A stretch of DNA of 64,000 nucleotides, from the NCBI GenBank assembly GCA_965215605.1, contig OZ244070.1:352001-416000 (forward strand), in the 5' to 3' direction. The notes under the pieces were generated by a model. The model ran no database searches. It had not been told where the DNA came from and was given only the letters and a program-made list of their open reading frames with translations. This DNA is from an uncultured Candidatus Binatia bacterium (GTDB lineage Bacteria; Desulfobacterota; Binatia; UBA9968; JAJDTQ01). Below, piece after piece: positions 28,629-38,838 of this stretch (position 1 is the stretch's first letter; each line of letters opens with the position of its first letter). Both the position numbers and the translations under genes were made by a program.

Positions 28629-28670
28629 ATGGCGAGCAGACGCGAACTTGCGTGGTGGGGGGAATAGACG

Positions 28671-30791
28671 ATGAATTGGGTCCTGTATCCTGAAGTGCTC
28701 TCGATCATGATCGCGGTCCTGGCCTTGGTTGGGGTGTTGGGACTCGCATTCATCTATGGAGTACACCATCGTCTGGCTTGGGCGCAGTTGCCGGCCGCGG
28801 CACGCGACGCGGAGTTGGCAACCCGTGTCATGCAGCGCGAGACCGACCTTCTGGACAAGGAGCAAAGGCTGGAGCGGCTCGACGAACAGATTCGCGACCG
28901 TGAAGCCAAGCTGCTGGAGCGCGACCAGTTGGAAGCTGAGGCGGCCTATTGGAAGTCTCAGATAGAGGCTGTGAAAGCCGAGTATGCCGGGCTCGATGCG
29001 TTGCGGACCGAAATCGAGGAAGTGCGAGAGTCGTATCGCCAGGAGATGGAGAGTCTGGCCGATGCGGAAAGACAAACCCGCGAGGCGAAGGGCGAGTGGG
29101 AGGATGCGTGCACACGTGTGGTCAAAGCCGAGCGGTGCCTGGCCGCGCTTGCCGGTAAGGCGGACCGGCTGCGCGAGATGCTCCAGGAGTTGGCGGAGAC
29201 GGAAGCCCGGCTCACGAAAACGAAGGCTAAGCACAAAGACGTGCTCACGGCATTGGAAGTGGGTCAAGACCGTCTCTCCCGCGTCGAGCGCGAGGTGGAA
29301 TCGCTTCACGCACGGCAGCAGAACCTGCTTTCTGAGCTTCGTGGCCACGAAGAGCGACTGGAAACTGTCAAGGCCGAACTGGCCGGTTTGGCTCCCGCGC
29401 GCCAAGAGTTGACCGTGGTCCTAGAGTCGTTGCACTCGGCCGAAGAAGACTTGAAGGACAAACGCGAATCACTCTCGCGTCTTACATCCGACGAAGCGTG
29501 GCTTCACGCTCAGATTGCGCGGTTGCGGGGCGAACTCGACGAAGCTGCCGCAAAGAACTACGAGGGCGACTCGGCTGAATCGCTCGCCGACCTTCTCGTG
29601 CCGCCCTCGTGTCTCGCGCGCACTGATGATGACGGTCACATCGCTGTCTTGCCGGGCGAGCGGCCCGCCGTACGGGAGTTGGACGCCCTACAACGGGTCC
29701 GGCAGCACCTAAAGGAATGCGGGCTTATCTTCGATGAACGCGTGACCAACGCTTTTCACACGAGTCTGAAGACCGCGGTGATTTCGCCACTGACGGTGCT
29801 GGCTGGCGTCAGCGGCACCGGCAAGAGCCAGTTGCCGCGCTTCTATGCGGACGCCATGGGGATGCATTTCCTGAAGATACCGGTCCAGCCCCGTTGGGAC
29901 GGCCCGCAGGATCTCTTCGGCTTCTACAACTACATCGAGAAGCGCTACAAGGCGACGGACCTCGCCCGGGCGCTGGTTCATCTGGACAACTACAACTGGC
30001 CCGATCAGGCAGAGAGGTTCCATGACCGCGTGCTGCTCGTGCTGTTGGATGAAATGAACCTCGCCCGCGTGGAGTACTATTTCTCCGAGTTCCTGAGTCG
30101 CCTTGAAGGACGCCCCCTTGACAGGGAGGCGGGCACCCCCGATATCCGGCGTCCGACGGAGATCGAGATCGACATCAGCCGAAAGGAGCGGTCTCAGGGT
30201 GTCTACGTCGGTCAGAACGTCCTGTTCGTAGGCACGATGAACGAGGACGAATCCACATTGTCCCTGTCGGAAAAGGTGTTGGACCGAGCCAACGTGCTGC
30301 GCTTTCCGAAACCAAAGGAGTTGAGATCGGATCTTCTCACGATGGACGAACGGTTTAAAGCCGCGGGTTATCTTCCCAGGAGACGATGGACGGAGGAGTG
30401 GCCTCGCCGCATCGGGGACATGGACAACGCCGCCCTTGACCGTGCGACCGAGACCGTGTCGGCCATCAACGCCATCATGGACGAAATGGGACGGCCGTTC
30501 GGTCACCGCATGGGACAGGCGATGCTTTACTACGTGGCAAACTACCCGTCTCAACCGGACCGAACCGACGAGCCGGAATTGATAAACAACGCGCTTGCCG
30601 ATCAGATCGAGTTGAGGTTGCTTCCGAGGCTGCGCGGGGTCGGAGTGGACGAGAATCGGAACTCCCTGTACCAACTGGCCGAAAAGGCGAGATCACTGGG
30701 TGACGAGGCGCTTGGGAACGCTATCGACAACGCCGTTCAACGTTCGCACGACACCGGCCTGTTCGCTTGGCGCGGTTTCACCAGGGAGTAG
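28671..30791 (+). CDS. McrB-family AAA+ GTPase with N-terminal TM and coiled coil (CnuB-like)
   Basis: GVSGTGKS Walker A, VQPRWDGPQDLFGFYN, LDEMNLARVEYYFSEFLS, GTMNEDES (NxD), KVLDRAN. Confidence 0.9.
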   Translation: MNWVLYPEVLSIMIAVLALVGVLGLAFIYGVHHRLAWAQLPAAARDAELATRVMQRETDLLDKEQRLERLDEQIRDREAKLLERDQLEAEAAYWKSQIEAVKAEYAGLDALRTEIEEVRESYRQEMESLADAERQTREAKGEWEDACTRVVKAERCLAALAGKADRLREMLQELAETEARLTKTKAKHKDVLTALEVGQDRLSRVEREVESLHARQQNLLSELRGHEERLETVKAELAGLAPARQELTVVLESLHSAEEDLKDKRESLSRLTSDEAWLHAQIARLRGELDEAAAKNYEGDSAESLADLLVPPSCLARTDDDGHIAVLPGERPAVRELDALQRVRQHLKECGLIFDERVTNAFHTSLKTAVISPLTVLAGVSGTGKSQLPRFYADAMGMHFLKIPVQPRWDGPQDLFGFYNYIEKRYKATDLARALVHLDNYNWPDQAERFHDRVLLVLLDEMNLARVEYYFSEFLSRLEGRPLDREAGTPDIRRPTEIEIDISRKERSQGVYVGQNVLFVGTMNEDESTLSLSEKVLDRANVLRFPKPKELRSDLLTMDERFKAAGYLPRRRWTEEWPRRIGDMDNAALDRATETVSAINAIMDEMGRPFGHRMGQAMLYYVANYPSQPDRTDEPELINNALADQIELRLLPRLRGVGVDENRNSLYQLAEKARSLGDEALGNAIDNAVQRSHDTGLFAWRGFTRE

Positions 30792-30794
30792 AGT

Positions 30795-32432
30795 GTGGCG
30801 ACGCCCGATCTGATTCTCCTGCGCGTCCCCTGGGGTCTGATCGGGCCTTCCCGAACGAGACTGGAAATTGCGGAGCCCGTACCCGAATCGGATACAGACG
30901 GTTTGGACCTGGACGGCTGCGTGTCTCCTCTCCTGTTCAGTCGCGACGATAAGCCGGTTCCGCTCAACGAAGACGATAGGGTCCTGGAGAGGTTCGTCGA
31001 ATTCCGGACACGTCTCGACGAACGGCAACGAGCCTGGGACATTCCGGTTCCACTGCACGGAAGCGAACTGCAGAGCCTTCGGTTCCATTCCTGGAAGCGG
31101 TCCAGGAAATTCACTTGGTCCGGAGGCGTCGATCGCCCCCCGACCGCCGGTTCGGGCGACGGGGAAGAGCAGAACCAGCCGGGAGCGCGCCTCCATCGTT
31201 TTCTGCGCACCATCCGCGCGCGTATGCAGGACTTCGAGACGGTTCTATCGGAAGGGCTGGAGCCGTGGGACCACGTCCCCGTCTTGTGGCTCGACCCGCA
31301 TGCCCCGCGTGACCCTACCATGGATGTCCTGGTGCGACATGCGCGTGAACACCGGACTGCCTGGGGTCATCTCGCCGAACACCCGCGACGCCTGCTCAAC
31401 CGCAGGCGCGAGTTGGTCACGCTACCCCGTGTAGAGGAACTGGACGTTCCGTGCATGCAGTGGTTGTCGCGCCAGCCGGGACAGACGCTTGCAGAACGGG
31501 CCGGCGGGCGCCAGCGCATCATGGCGCTCGCGCGCTACGAGAACCGGAACACCCTGGAGAACCGTGTCTTCCTGGACCTCATGGCGCGTAGCGTCGCTGC
31601 GGCACGCGACTACGACGCCATGAACAAGGGACGAGAGGGACGTACACGGCAACGGGGTAGCCTGCGGATCGAGTCCGTTCGGGCATACAGCCGAGAATGC
31701 CGTCGCATTCACCAGGAACTGGACATGCAGGGTGTTCTGCGCCCATCCGAACCGGTCCAACCCAATCATGTTCTGCTCGACGACATGCGCTATCGCAGTG
31801 TCTGGGCAGCGCGGAAGGAGATCATCCGGCGCGAACGGGCGATCGACGACCTTTGGCGTTGGCAACGCAGGGCCTGGACGGAGTTCTGCAAGGCAACGGT
31901 CGCCGTCAGCTTGGTCTGGCTTGACGGAGTCCAGCGTTTCTTCAGTGCACCGATGTTCGTAACAGACGAACACAGACGCGGATGCTTCCTGATTCACGAT
32001 GACCCCATGATCGTTGTTGCCCATTGGAAACGTGGTTGGGTGGCCGAACTCTTGTCCGGGAACTCGGACGTTGTGTCACCGAAGCACCGCGAGCTGTGTG
32101 CTTCCTTCTGGCTGCGCTGTGCCGATCTGGACGGCGGAGACTATGTCTACATCCCGGTATGGACGGTCCACGCCATCGGTGAGCAATGCCGTCTCCGAGA
32201 ACTCGTGAACTCGGCCAACACGGCGTTTCGCATGCTCCGTGATCGAGACCAACTCGCTGGCGGTATCGTGTTGGTCTCGCAAGTCGATGCGTCGGGGGAA
32301 ACAGGAACTGAACGTGCGGAGTTCGTATTCGGCTGCCAGTTCGGCCCCTATGACAAACTGCTTCCCGACGCGGTGCAGCGTTTGGGCGAGGATATACGCG
32401 CCAGGATCGAGGATTCGTTGTGGGCCCGTTGA
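30795..32432 (+). CDS. DUF2357 McrC-like protein (CnuC-like)
   Basis: Follows McrB; LPRVEELD..C..WLSRQPG, NTLENRV, PNHVLL.DMRYRSVW are DUF2357-type motifs. Confidence 0.82.
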   Translation: MATPDLILLRVPWGLIGPSRTRLEIAEPVPESDTDGLDLDGCVSPLLFSRDDKPVPLNEDDRVLERFVEFRTRLDERQRAWDIPVPLHGSELQSLRFHSWKRSRKFTWSGGVDRPPTAGSGDGEEQNQPGARLHRFLRTIRARMQDFETVLSEGLEPWDHVPVLWLDPHAPRDPTMDVLVRHAREHRTAWGHLAEHPRRLLNRRRELVTLPRVEELDVPCMQWLSRQPGQTLAERAGGRQRIMALARYENRNTLENRVFLDLMARSVAAARDYDAMNKGREGRTRQRGSLRIESVRAYSRECRRIHQELDMQGVLRPSEPVQPNHVLLDDMRYRSVWAARKEIIRRERAIDDLWRWQRRAWTEFCKATVAVSLVWLDGVQRFFSAPMFVTDEHRRGCFLIHDDPMIVVAHWKRGWVAELLSGNSDVVSPKHRELCASFWLRCADLDGGDYVYIPVWTVHAIGEQCRLRELVNSANTAFRMLRDRDQLAGGIVLVSQVDASGETGTERAEFVFGCQFGPYDKLLPDAVQRLGEDIRARIEDSLWAR

Positions 32433-34972
32433 TCGGTATCGATTTGAACGGCATCCGCGACACGCTGGCAAGGTGCGATGGAGCGGGCGAAGCCGACCCG
32501 GAATTCATCGACTTGGGGGTTCGCAGCGGCTTCATTCGCCTGCAGTCAGGTGATGACGGGGTGTGGCTCGGGGGCGAGCAGACAGAGTTGGCCCCGCATG
32601 GCCGCGGCCCTGGATGGGGACCCATCGGTGTCGCCGAGAGTCGTATGGACTGTCTGGACATCCTACAAGAGATCCAGGACGGCAACCCCCGTGATGCGAC
32701 ACGCCAGGCATTGGGGTCCGCACTGCCTAGCCTCTTGGGTAAGACCGACTCGGCGGTCTTTGCGGTTCCCGACGCCCCCACGTATGACGAGGCCTTCCGC
32801 GACCGGTTTCTGGGTTTGCTCAAACGAGTGGACGGACTCCGCCCCCTCCTGCTCTGGCGACCTGTCGCCGCGCTTCTGGGCTGGATGGATACGGAACCGC
32901 CGGACGCTCGTCCCGGTTGTCGTGTCGCCATACTTTCACTTATGGCGGACGGGATTCACCTGTCCGCGTTGTCGCTCAAGCGAGAACGCCATGGCGGCGT
33001 CTCGCTGCTGGTGCCGCAACGAAGCGAGTGCGGGCGGATGGTCGGCGCATCGTTCCGAGGCCGAGCCCTACTGGAGGCGGCTCAGGGCCAACTTGCAGGG
33101 GCGTCCGGCGTGGCCGCACCGGAGGTGAAGGCTGCTGCGCTGTCGCCTTGGCGATTCGCAGCAGGGACGAAACCGCAGCCGGAGATTGCGCGACTCTCGG
33201 GCAACCGGGGTTGGCGGAAGCTACCGCCACTCGACTACGGTTGCCCGCGACCGAACGAAATAGACCTGAGCGAAGGCTTCCTGAAAGGGCTTCGCACGGC
33301 TGACATCTTGTTGGTCGAAGGACCGTTGGCGGGCAACGCAGCTTGGCGCGATGGGGTGTTGAAGGCGTTGAACGCACAGCCGCCGGACGTGACCCTCTGC
33401 CGCAACGCTGTCGCGCGTGGTTGCTTGGCGGCGGCGATTCGCCGCCAGCTCGGCCAACCCATCTATTTCGATTTTCTGCCTCAGCTTCAGATCAACGCCT
33501 TGGTGGGGAGAAATCCGGAGTTCGTGGACCTGATCTCGCGCGGGGCGCGTTGTCAGGGCGGCGAATCGTTCCGCGCCAGTGCGCCTGGCGAGTATGCCGT
33601 CGCCAAGGGCGCCGACGAACTCACCCTTTGGCTGTTCAAGGAGGATTTCGTGCGCGGGCGCAAGGCTTGTGTCAGGCTGCCGACCGTGGCGGATCGGTGG
33701 TATCGCCTGTCGGTGTCTGTCGAGCAGATTCCTGGGCAGGGTTTCGCCGAGGTACGCATTTCCTCGCCCGAGTTCAGCAGTCTCCGGCAGTCCCCCATCA
33801 CGCTCGACTGGGAAGCCATGGAGGAAACGGATCAGCCCCGCGAGGAGATCCTGAGGCAGTTAACGGACCAACACCAAGCTCCACTTGCATGGCCCGAAAC
33901 AGCGGTGAATCCAGGGCACCCGGACTTGTGGCAGAAAGGACATCCTCGAGGCGATCTCGTCGCTCAACTCAGAGCCTATCGTGGCGCCCGGCTACTGTGG
34001 CATGGCAGGATCAACTCGAATACCCGGTCGAAGCTAAAGGTTCTGCTCGAACGGTTCAGGCAGCCGTACACGCCATCTTTCTGGGAGCGAAAGGCGGGTC
34101 TTGAGGGCGGCCAACGGGAAACCTTCCGCGCCCTCCGCAGCGACGGACGCCTTCCCAACCCGATTGGCGCTCATCCCATGCCGGCGAGCGCAGCCGAGGA
34201 ACTCGACCGTACGCTTGAGAAACTGGAGAACGACCTTGCCGCGCTAAAAGGCTACTTTGGCCAGCAGATCGAGTCGAGAGTCCTGGGTGAGGTCCTGGGC
34301 TTCGCCAGTTGGTGTTTCTGGCGTTGCCCACCCAGCATTGCCGATGTGTTCCTGGGAACCTACGAAGGCCGTTACTCCTACGACATCAACGCCACGCTCT
34401 TGTGCGAAGGCGTGGCGCGCGTTGTCGAGGGAGAGAACCAGTTGAGACGGTATTTCGCGGGGTTGGAACAGCGACTCAGACGCAGGAAACGGATGATATC
34501 GCCGGACCGCGCGGGCTTGGCCCGGGTTCTGGGCACTTCGGACAAGGCGGCTGTCAACCTCAACCCCTCGCTCGCTGAGCATATCGTGGAAGCGACCGTG
34601 GAGACTTTGCAGGATGAGAACAGGAGGGCGCCCGCAAGATGTTACAAAATACGGTTCAAGACTGCGCTACGGATGCTGGCGGCGCTGCTACGGCACCGCG
34701 AGGCGCGCCCGAGTTTCCTCGACCCGGATCACGACCCGGCCACAGGACGGCTTCTGGCCGCGCTGGACACGGCCGGGGAACGCAACGTTGACCTCGCTGC
34801 CCACATCGAACAGTCGGCCTCCCTTTACCACGGAACGACTCGTGCGTTATCGCGTGGGGCCAAGCGCTTCCACGCCAACGCCGAAATAATCGGCGACCTG
34901 AAAGGCTTCATCCGTCGCGAAGGCGGCAACCCCAACATCATACAACGCATCGACATGCTCGACGACGAGTGA
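32420..34972 (+). CDS. Divergent Hsp70/actin-fold domain protein
   Basis: N-terminal LIGIDLNG, VFAVPD, LLWRPVAALL, NAVARGC match Hsp70 NBD landmarks; overlaps the McrC-like gene. Confidence 0.7.
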   Translation: MGPLIGIDLNGIRDTLARCDGAGEADPEFIDLGVRSGFIRLQSGDDGVWLGGEQTELAPHGRGPGWGPIGVAESRMDCLDILQEIQDGNPRDATRQALGSALPSLLGKTDSAVFAVPDAPTYDEAFRDRFLGLLKRVDGLRPLLLWRPVAALLGWMDTEPPDARPGCRVAILSLMADGIHLSALSLKRERHGGVSLLVPQRSECGRMVGASFRGRALLEAAQGQLAGASGVAAPEVKAAALSPWRFAAGTKPQPEIARLSGNRGWRKLPPLDYGCPRPNEIDLSEGFLKGLRTADILLVEGPLAGNAAWRDGVLKALNAQPPDVTLCRNAVARGCLAAAIRRQLGQPIYFDFLPQLQINALVGRNPEFVDLISRGARCQGGESFRASAPGEYAVAKGADELTLWLFKEDFVRGRKACVRLPTVADRWYRLSVSVEQIPGQGFAEVRISSPEFSSLRQSPITLDWEAMEETDQPREEILRQLTDQHQAPLAWPETAVNPGHPDLWQKGHPRGDLVAQLRAYRGARLLWHGRINSNTRSKLKVLLERFRQPYTPSFWERKAGLEGGQRETFRALRSDGRLPNPIGAHPMPASAAEELDRTLEKLENDLAALKGYFGQQIESRVLGEVLGFASWCFWRCPPSIADVFLGTYEGRYSYDINATLLCEGVARVVEGENQLRRYFAGLEQRLRRRKRMISPDRAGLARVLGTSDKAAVNLNPSLAEHIVEATVETLQDENRRAPARCYKIRFKTALRMLAALLRHREARPSFLDPDHDPATGRLLAALDTAGERNVDLAAHIEQSASLYHGTTRALSRGAKRFHANAEIIGDLKGFIRREGGNPNIIQRIDMLDDE

Positions 34973-35011
34973 CGGTCCTTGATGCCGTTCAGTTCAGCGT
35001 CTCGTACCGAT

Positions 35012-35842
35012 TCACTGTGATGGGCCAGGACTCACGCGACCCGCCGCTGACAACCGTTCCTTGAGGGACTTGAATCCAGACTCGTTCAGGCCGGTCGCTT
35101 CCTCGATCACGTCCCAACTCACGCCGGCGCGCAAAAAGCCTTCGACGGTTTTCAACTGTCCGAGCCGTTCGCCTTCGACCCGGCCCTTTGCTTCGCCCTC
35201 CGCCAGAAGTTGCTGAGCGTATGACATGATCATTCCTCCCTGCTCGTGTCCGTGTCGCCGCAGCGCATCGTCAAATGCCTCGGTGCCTGCGGTGTCCTGA
35301 GTCGCCATGACGTACAACACGAACAGTTCAAAGTAATCGATCTCTCTCTGCAAACGCAACTGGCGCAACAACTGTGCCGCCATGTCCATCGCCAACGCCA
35401 CGTGTCGCCCATACGCGGCCATCATCAACCACTGCGCGACCCGGCCCCTTGCTGCCCCTTCCACCTCGTCGGGTTTGAGATTGGTCTGGTCCAGCAGCAG
35501 ATGGGCGAACCGGGGAACCCACGGCCACTCCCGCGCCACCTCGGGGAACAGGTCCGCGAACTGGGTGGAATGCGTCCATCCGTCGCGGCCTTGGTAGAAG
35601 ACCATGGGCACGATGGGGCGAAACCAGGATGGTCCGGCGCCGTCCTGTACTCCGGTGTCCCAGTGGCTTTGTCTCAGGTTTTCGTCCACGAAGCTCCCGT
35701 CCAGGAGCTTGAGGCTGGTCCAATCCACGCGCTCCTGGAGAGCACCGGGCAACGCCGTGCGCAACAAGCCGACAGCCTCTCCTACGTCAGAGAACACCTT
35801 GCGAAACAGGCCGTCATGAGGGTGATCGACTTCATTTGCCAA
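35012..35842 (-). pseudogene. Rpn family recombination-promoting nuclease/putative transposase with in-frame internal deletion
   Basis: HPHDGLFRKVF, GSFVDENLRQSH joined directly to WD...PIVPMVFYQG; the SDxL...EHQS catalytic segment is missing; C-terminal EGEAKGRVEG. Confidence 0.72.
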
Positions 35843-35897
35843 GGTTTCTTCCTCCCGCTACTGTCCTGTTCGGCAGTGTCGGGAGGAACTTTAGCTT

Positions 35898-36347
35898 TTA
35901 CGTCAGATTCGCCAGGATCTCCTCGTCGGCTGCGGTGAGATCCACGGGCTTGCGGAACGGCTGCGGCCAGTCGATGCCGGTGGGCCAGTACACTTCGACC
36001 GTGTTGCCGTCGGGATCGTGGAAGTAGATGCCGATGGCGTTGCCGTGGCTGGCAACGCGCTCGATGGGGACGCCGCGCTCGAGGAAATCGCGGTGGAACG
36101 CCTTTAACTCGGCCAGGCTTTCGCACCGGAAGGATATCTGCTGGATCAGGTTCCCGCCGTCTTCCCGGCCCGGGCGCAACTGCAGCTCGTGGTGTTCCTG
36201 GTGGCGTTCCTGGGCGGTCATGAAGACCGTGCCGGTGTCGCTTTCGTCGCTGACGGTCAGGCCCAGCACGTCACGGTAGAAGGCCTTGGACCGCTCGATG
36301 TCGTGGACCGTCAGGCCTATATGGCCCAGTGAAGAGACTTTCGGCAT
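35898..36347 (-). CDS. VOC family protein
   Basis: LGHIGLTVHDIERSKAFYRDVLGL, IYFHDPDGNTVEVYW; true start MPKVSS at 36347. Confidence 0.9.
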   Translation of the reverse strand: MPKVSSLGHIGLTVHDIERSKAFYRDVLGLTVSDESDTGTVFMTAQERHQEHHELQLRPGREDGGNLIQQISFRCESLAELKAFHRDFLERGVPIERVASHGNAIGIYFHDPDGNTVEVYWPTGIDWPQPFRKPVDLTAADEEILANLT

Positions 36348-36391
36348 GATGGGTTTCCTCTTGTGGGCTTCCTCTCCCCCGGCTGCTCTCC

Positions 36392-37420
36392 TCAACCGTT
36401 GTAGAAGCGCTCGGCGTTGGCGTACAGCACCTTGTGTTTCTGCGTGTCCGAGAGGTCCTCGCGGGCGTTCAACTCGTCGATGTCGCCGTAGAACTCCCCC
36501 TTGTGGCGCTCGTGGGGATAGTCCGAGGCGAAGAGGATCCGGTCCTCGCCCACGAGCTGCAGCGCGGTGGGCAGGGTCTTCTCTTCCACCTCGCAACTGA
36601 AGTAGATGTTGCCGTCGCGCACATAGTCGCTGGGGCGCTTGGTCAGCACCGGGCACCACCGCCTTCTTCGCTCGTAGTTCTCGTCCATGCGGTCCATCAT
36701 GTAGGGGGCCCAGCCGGCGCCCGCCTCCAGGAAGGCGAAGCGCAGGTCGGGAAAACGCTCGAACACGCCCTCGGTCATCATGTCGGTGAACTGGATGAGC
36801 TGGGACAACGGGTGCTCCAGCGTGTGGGTCTTGAAGAGGTTGTCGGAGTTGTCGATGCCGATGCGCTGACTCACGGCGCCGTGAATGGCCAAGCAGCAGC
36901 CGAGGCGCTGGGCTTCCTCGTAGAGGGGGTCGAAGTCGCGGTGGCCGTAGTGCTTGCCGGCGGCGGTGACCGACGGAAGCATGGCGCCGGGCATGCCCAG
37001 CTCGGTCACCACGGCGCGTAGCTCGGTGACCGCTTCCGGTATGTTCTGGGCCGGGATCAGCGCCACCGCGCGCAGGCGGTCGCTGGCCTGCATGAACTTC
37101 GCGTGCACCCAGCGGTTGTAGGCGCGGGCGATGGCCGCGGCGTAGTCCCGGTCCTGGATCATGCCGCTGGCCAAGCCCACCGACGGATACAGGTAGGAGG
37201 TCTCGATGCCGCAGCGGTCGAGAAACTCCACCCAACGCTCGGCGTTGGGATCGTCGTCTTCGGTGAGACGCGAGAAGCCCCGGACGAAACCGTCCACGCT
37301 GGGGAACAACGAGTAAACCGTCCAGGGCAGTTGATTGTAGGGCGGGTCGAAGAACTCCTTGATCTCTCCGGGATGCTCCATCACGTGGCCGTCCGCATCG
37401 ACGGCGCGGTAGTTGCTCAT
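36392..37420 (-). CDS. Amidohydrolase family protein (Amidohydro_2)
   Basis: VDADGHVME, GVFERFPDLRFAFLEAG, FASDYPH, NAERFY. Confidence 0.92.
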   Translation of the reverse strand: MSNYRAVDADGHVMEHPGEIKEFFDPPYNQLPWTVYSLFPSVDGFVRGFSRLTEDDDPNAERWVEFLDRCGIETSYLYPSVGLASGMIQDRDYAAAIARAYNRWVHAKFMQASDRLRAVALIPAQNIPEAVTELRAVVTELGMPGAMLPSVTAAGKHYGHRDFDPLYEEAQRLGCCLAIHGAVSQRIGIDNSDNLFKTHTLEHPLSQLIQFTDMMTEGVFERFPDLRFAFLEAGAGWAPYMMDRMDENYERRRRWCPVLTKRPSDYVRDGNIYFSCEVEEKTLPTALQLVGEDRILFASDYPHERHKGEFYGDIDELNAREDLSDTQKHKVLYANAERFYNG

Positions 37421-37544
37421 CTTCCCTCGTCTCCTTCCGTAAACACTGCCGCTTGGGGCTTTCGTTCATCGTAGTACCCCGTCCTTACCTTGACAAGGTC
37501 TAGCTCATGTGGCCATCTAGCAGCCACCAAAGGAGGTTTCTTAC

Positions 37545-38798
37545 ATGGCACCACAGTACGCATCCAAGCTCATCTACGGCAACGAGGTATCGGACTGGCA
37601 GGAGCGGCTGAACACGGACCGCATGCGCCGGGAGCGGGCCGAGCGCGCCAAGCGGATCATGCGCGAGCATGGGATCCCGGCGCTCCTGGAAGCCAACTCG
37701 GCCAACATCCGCTACCTCACCGGCCTCAAGGGCTTCAACTACCCCATGTGCCGCTACACCCTCTTTTTCGCCGACCACGACCCGATCATGTACGAGCACA
37801 GCGGCCACTTCCACCAGATGCCGGACCAGGCGCCCTGGATCACCGAGTGGCGGCCGGCACGGGCCTGGCTCACCGCCGCCTGCGGCATCGAGGCGGCCAA
37901 GGACGAGGCCCGGCAGTTCGCCGCCGACATTCACGACGAGCTCAAGAGCCGGGGGCTGCTGAACGAGAAGATTGGCTTCAGCGCCTTCGACGGCATCGCG
38001 CGCGAGGCGCTCACCAACGCCGGGGTCAAGAACCTGGTGGACTTCAGCCTGGTGATGAAGGAGATCCGCAAGATCAAGACGGCCGACGAGATCGATTGCC
38101 TCAAGACCGCCGCGGCCATCGTGGAAGGCGTCTGGTACAGCATCTGGGAGGCCGCCAAGCCCGGGGTGCGGGACACCGAGCTCTCGGGCATCGCCACCAA
38201 GGCCGGCTATGACATGGGCGCGGAGTCGGCTCCGCCCGGAGGCTGGCGCTCGGGACCCAGCACCTTCGACCGCGGCTTCCATCAGTCCAGCCGGCTGCTG
38301 CAGACCGGCGACCTCCTGTACGGCTCGCTCTGCGGCCTGACCTATCAGGGATACGCCACCTGCACCTACCGGACCTTCATCGTCGGCCGGAAGCCCAACG
38401 CCCAGGAACTGGACTGGTACAAGCGGGTCAAGGACAGCATCGACGGCGTCATCGACGCCATCAAGCCCGGCGCCACCACGGCCGACGCCGCCAAGCACTT
38501 TCCGCCGGCGTCGAGCTGGGGCTACGACGAGGAGTGCGAGGTGCTGGCCAGCGAGATCGGGCACGGCATCGGCCTCACCCAGGGAAGCACCAACTACGAT
38601 ATCCCCATCATCAACCGGCAGTGGTCCCTCAACTACCCGCAGGTGTTCGAGGAGGGCATGACCATTGCCATCGAGAGCCGCGAGGGCGAGACCCGCGTGG
38701 GCGGCGTGCGGCTGGAGAACATGGTGGTGGTGACCAAGGACGGCGCGGAGATCATGGACCACTTCCCGCGGGCAGAGATTCTGGTGGCGCCGCGCTAG
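37545..38798 (+). CDS. M24 (Xaa-Pro peptidase/creatinase) family protein
   Basis: NIRYLTG, RKIKTADEI, GHGIG, GMTIAIE, GVRLENMVVVT. Confidence 0.88.
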   Translation: MAPQYASKLIYGNEVSDWQERLNTDRMRRERAERAKRIMREHGIPALLEANSANIRYLTGLKGFNYPMCRYTLFFADHDPIMYEHSGHFHQMPDQAPWITEWRPARAWLTAACGIEAAKDEARQFAADIHDELKSRGLLNEKIGFSAFDGIAREALTNAGVKNLVDFSLVMKEIRKIKTADEIDCLKTAAAIVEGVWYSIWEAAKPGVRDTELSGIATKAGYDMGAESAPPGGWRSGPSTFDRGFHQSSRLLQTGDLLYGSLCGLTYQGYATCTYRTFIVGRKPNAQELDWYKRVKDSIDGVIDAIKPGATTADAAKHFPPASSWGYDEECEVLASEIGHGIGLTQGSTNYDIPIINRQWSLNYPQVFEEGMTIAIESREGETRVGGVRLENMVVVTKDGAEIMDHFPRAEILVAPR

Positions 38799-38838
38799 GG
38801 AACGTCCTTCGATCCGGCATTCACGAAAGGAGAAAGCC

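Noticed and set aside
35898-37469. 523-aa ORF as a fusion
   Set aside because: The N-terminal part is an off-frame shadow of the amidohydrolase; the real VOC gene starts at 36347
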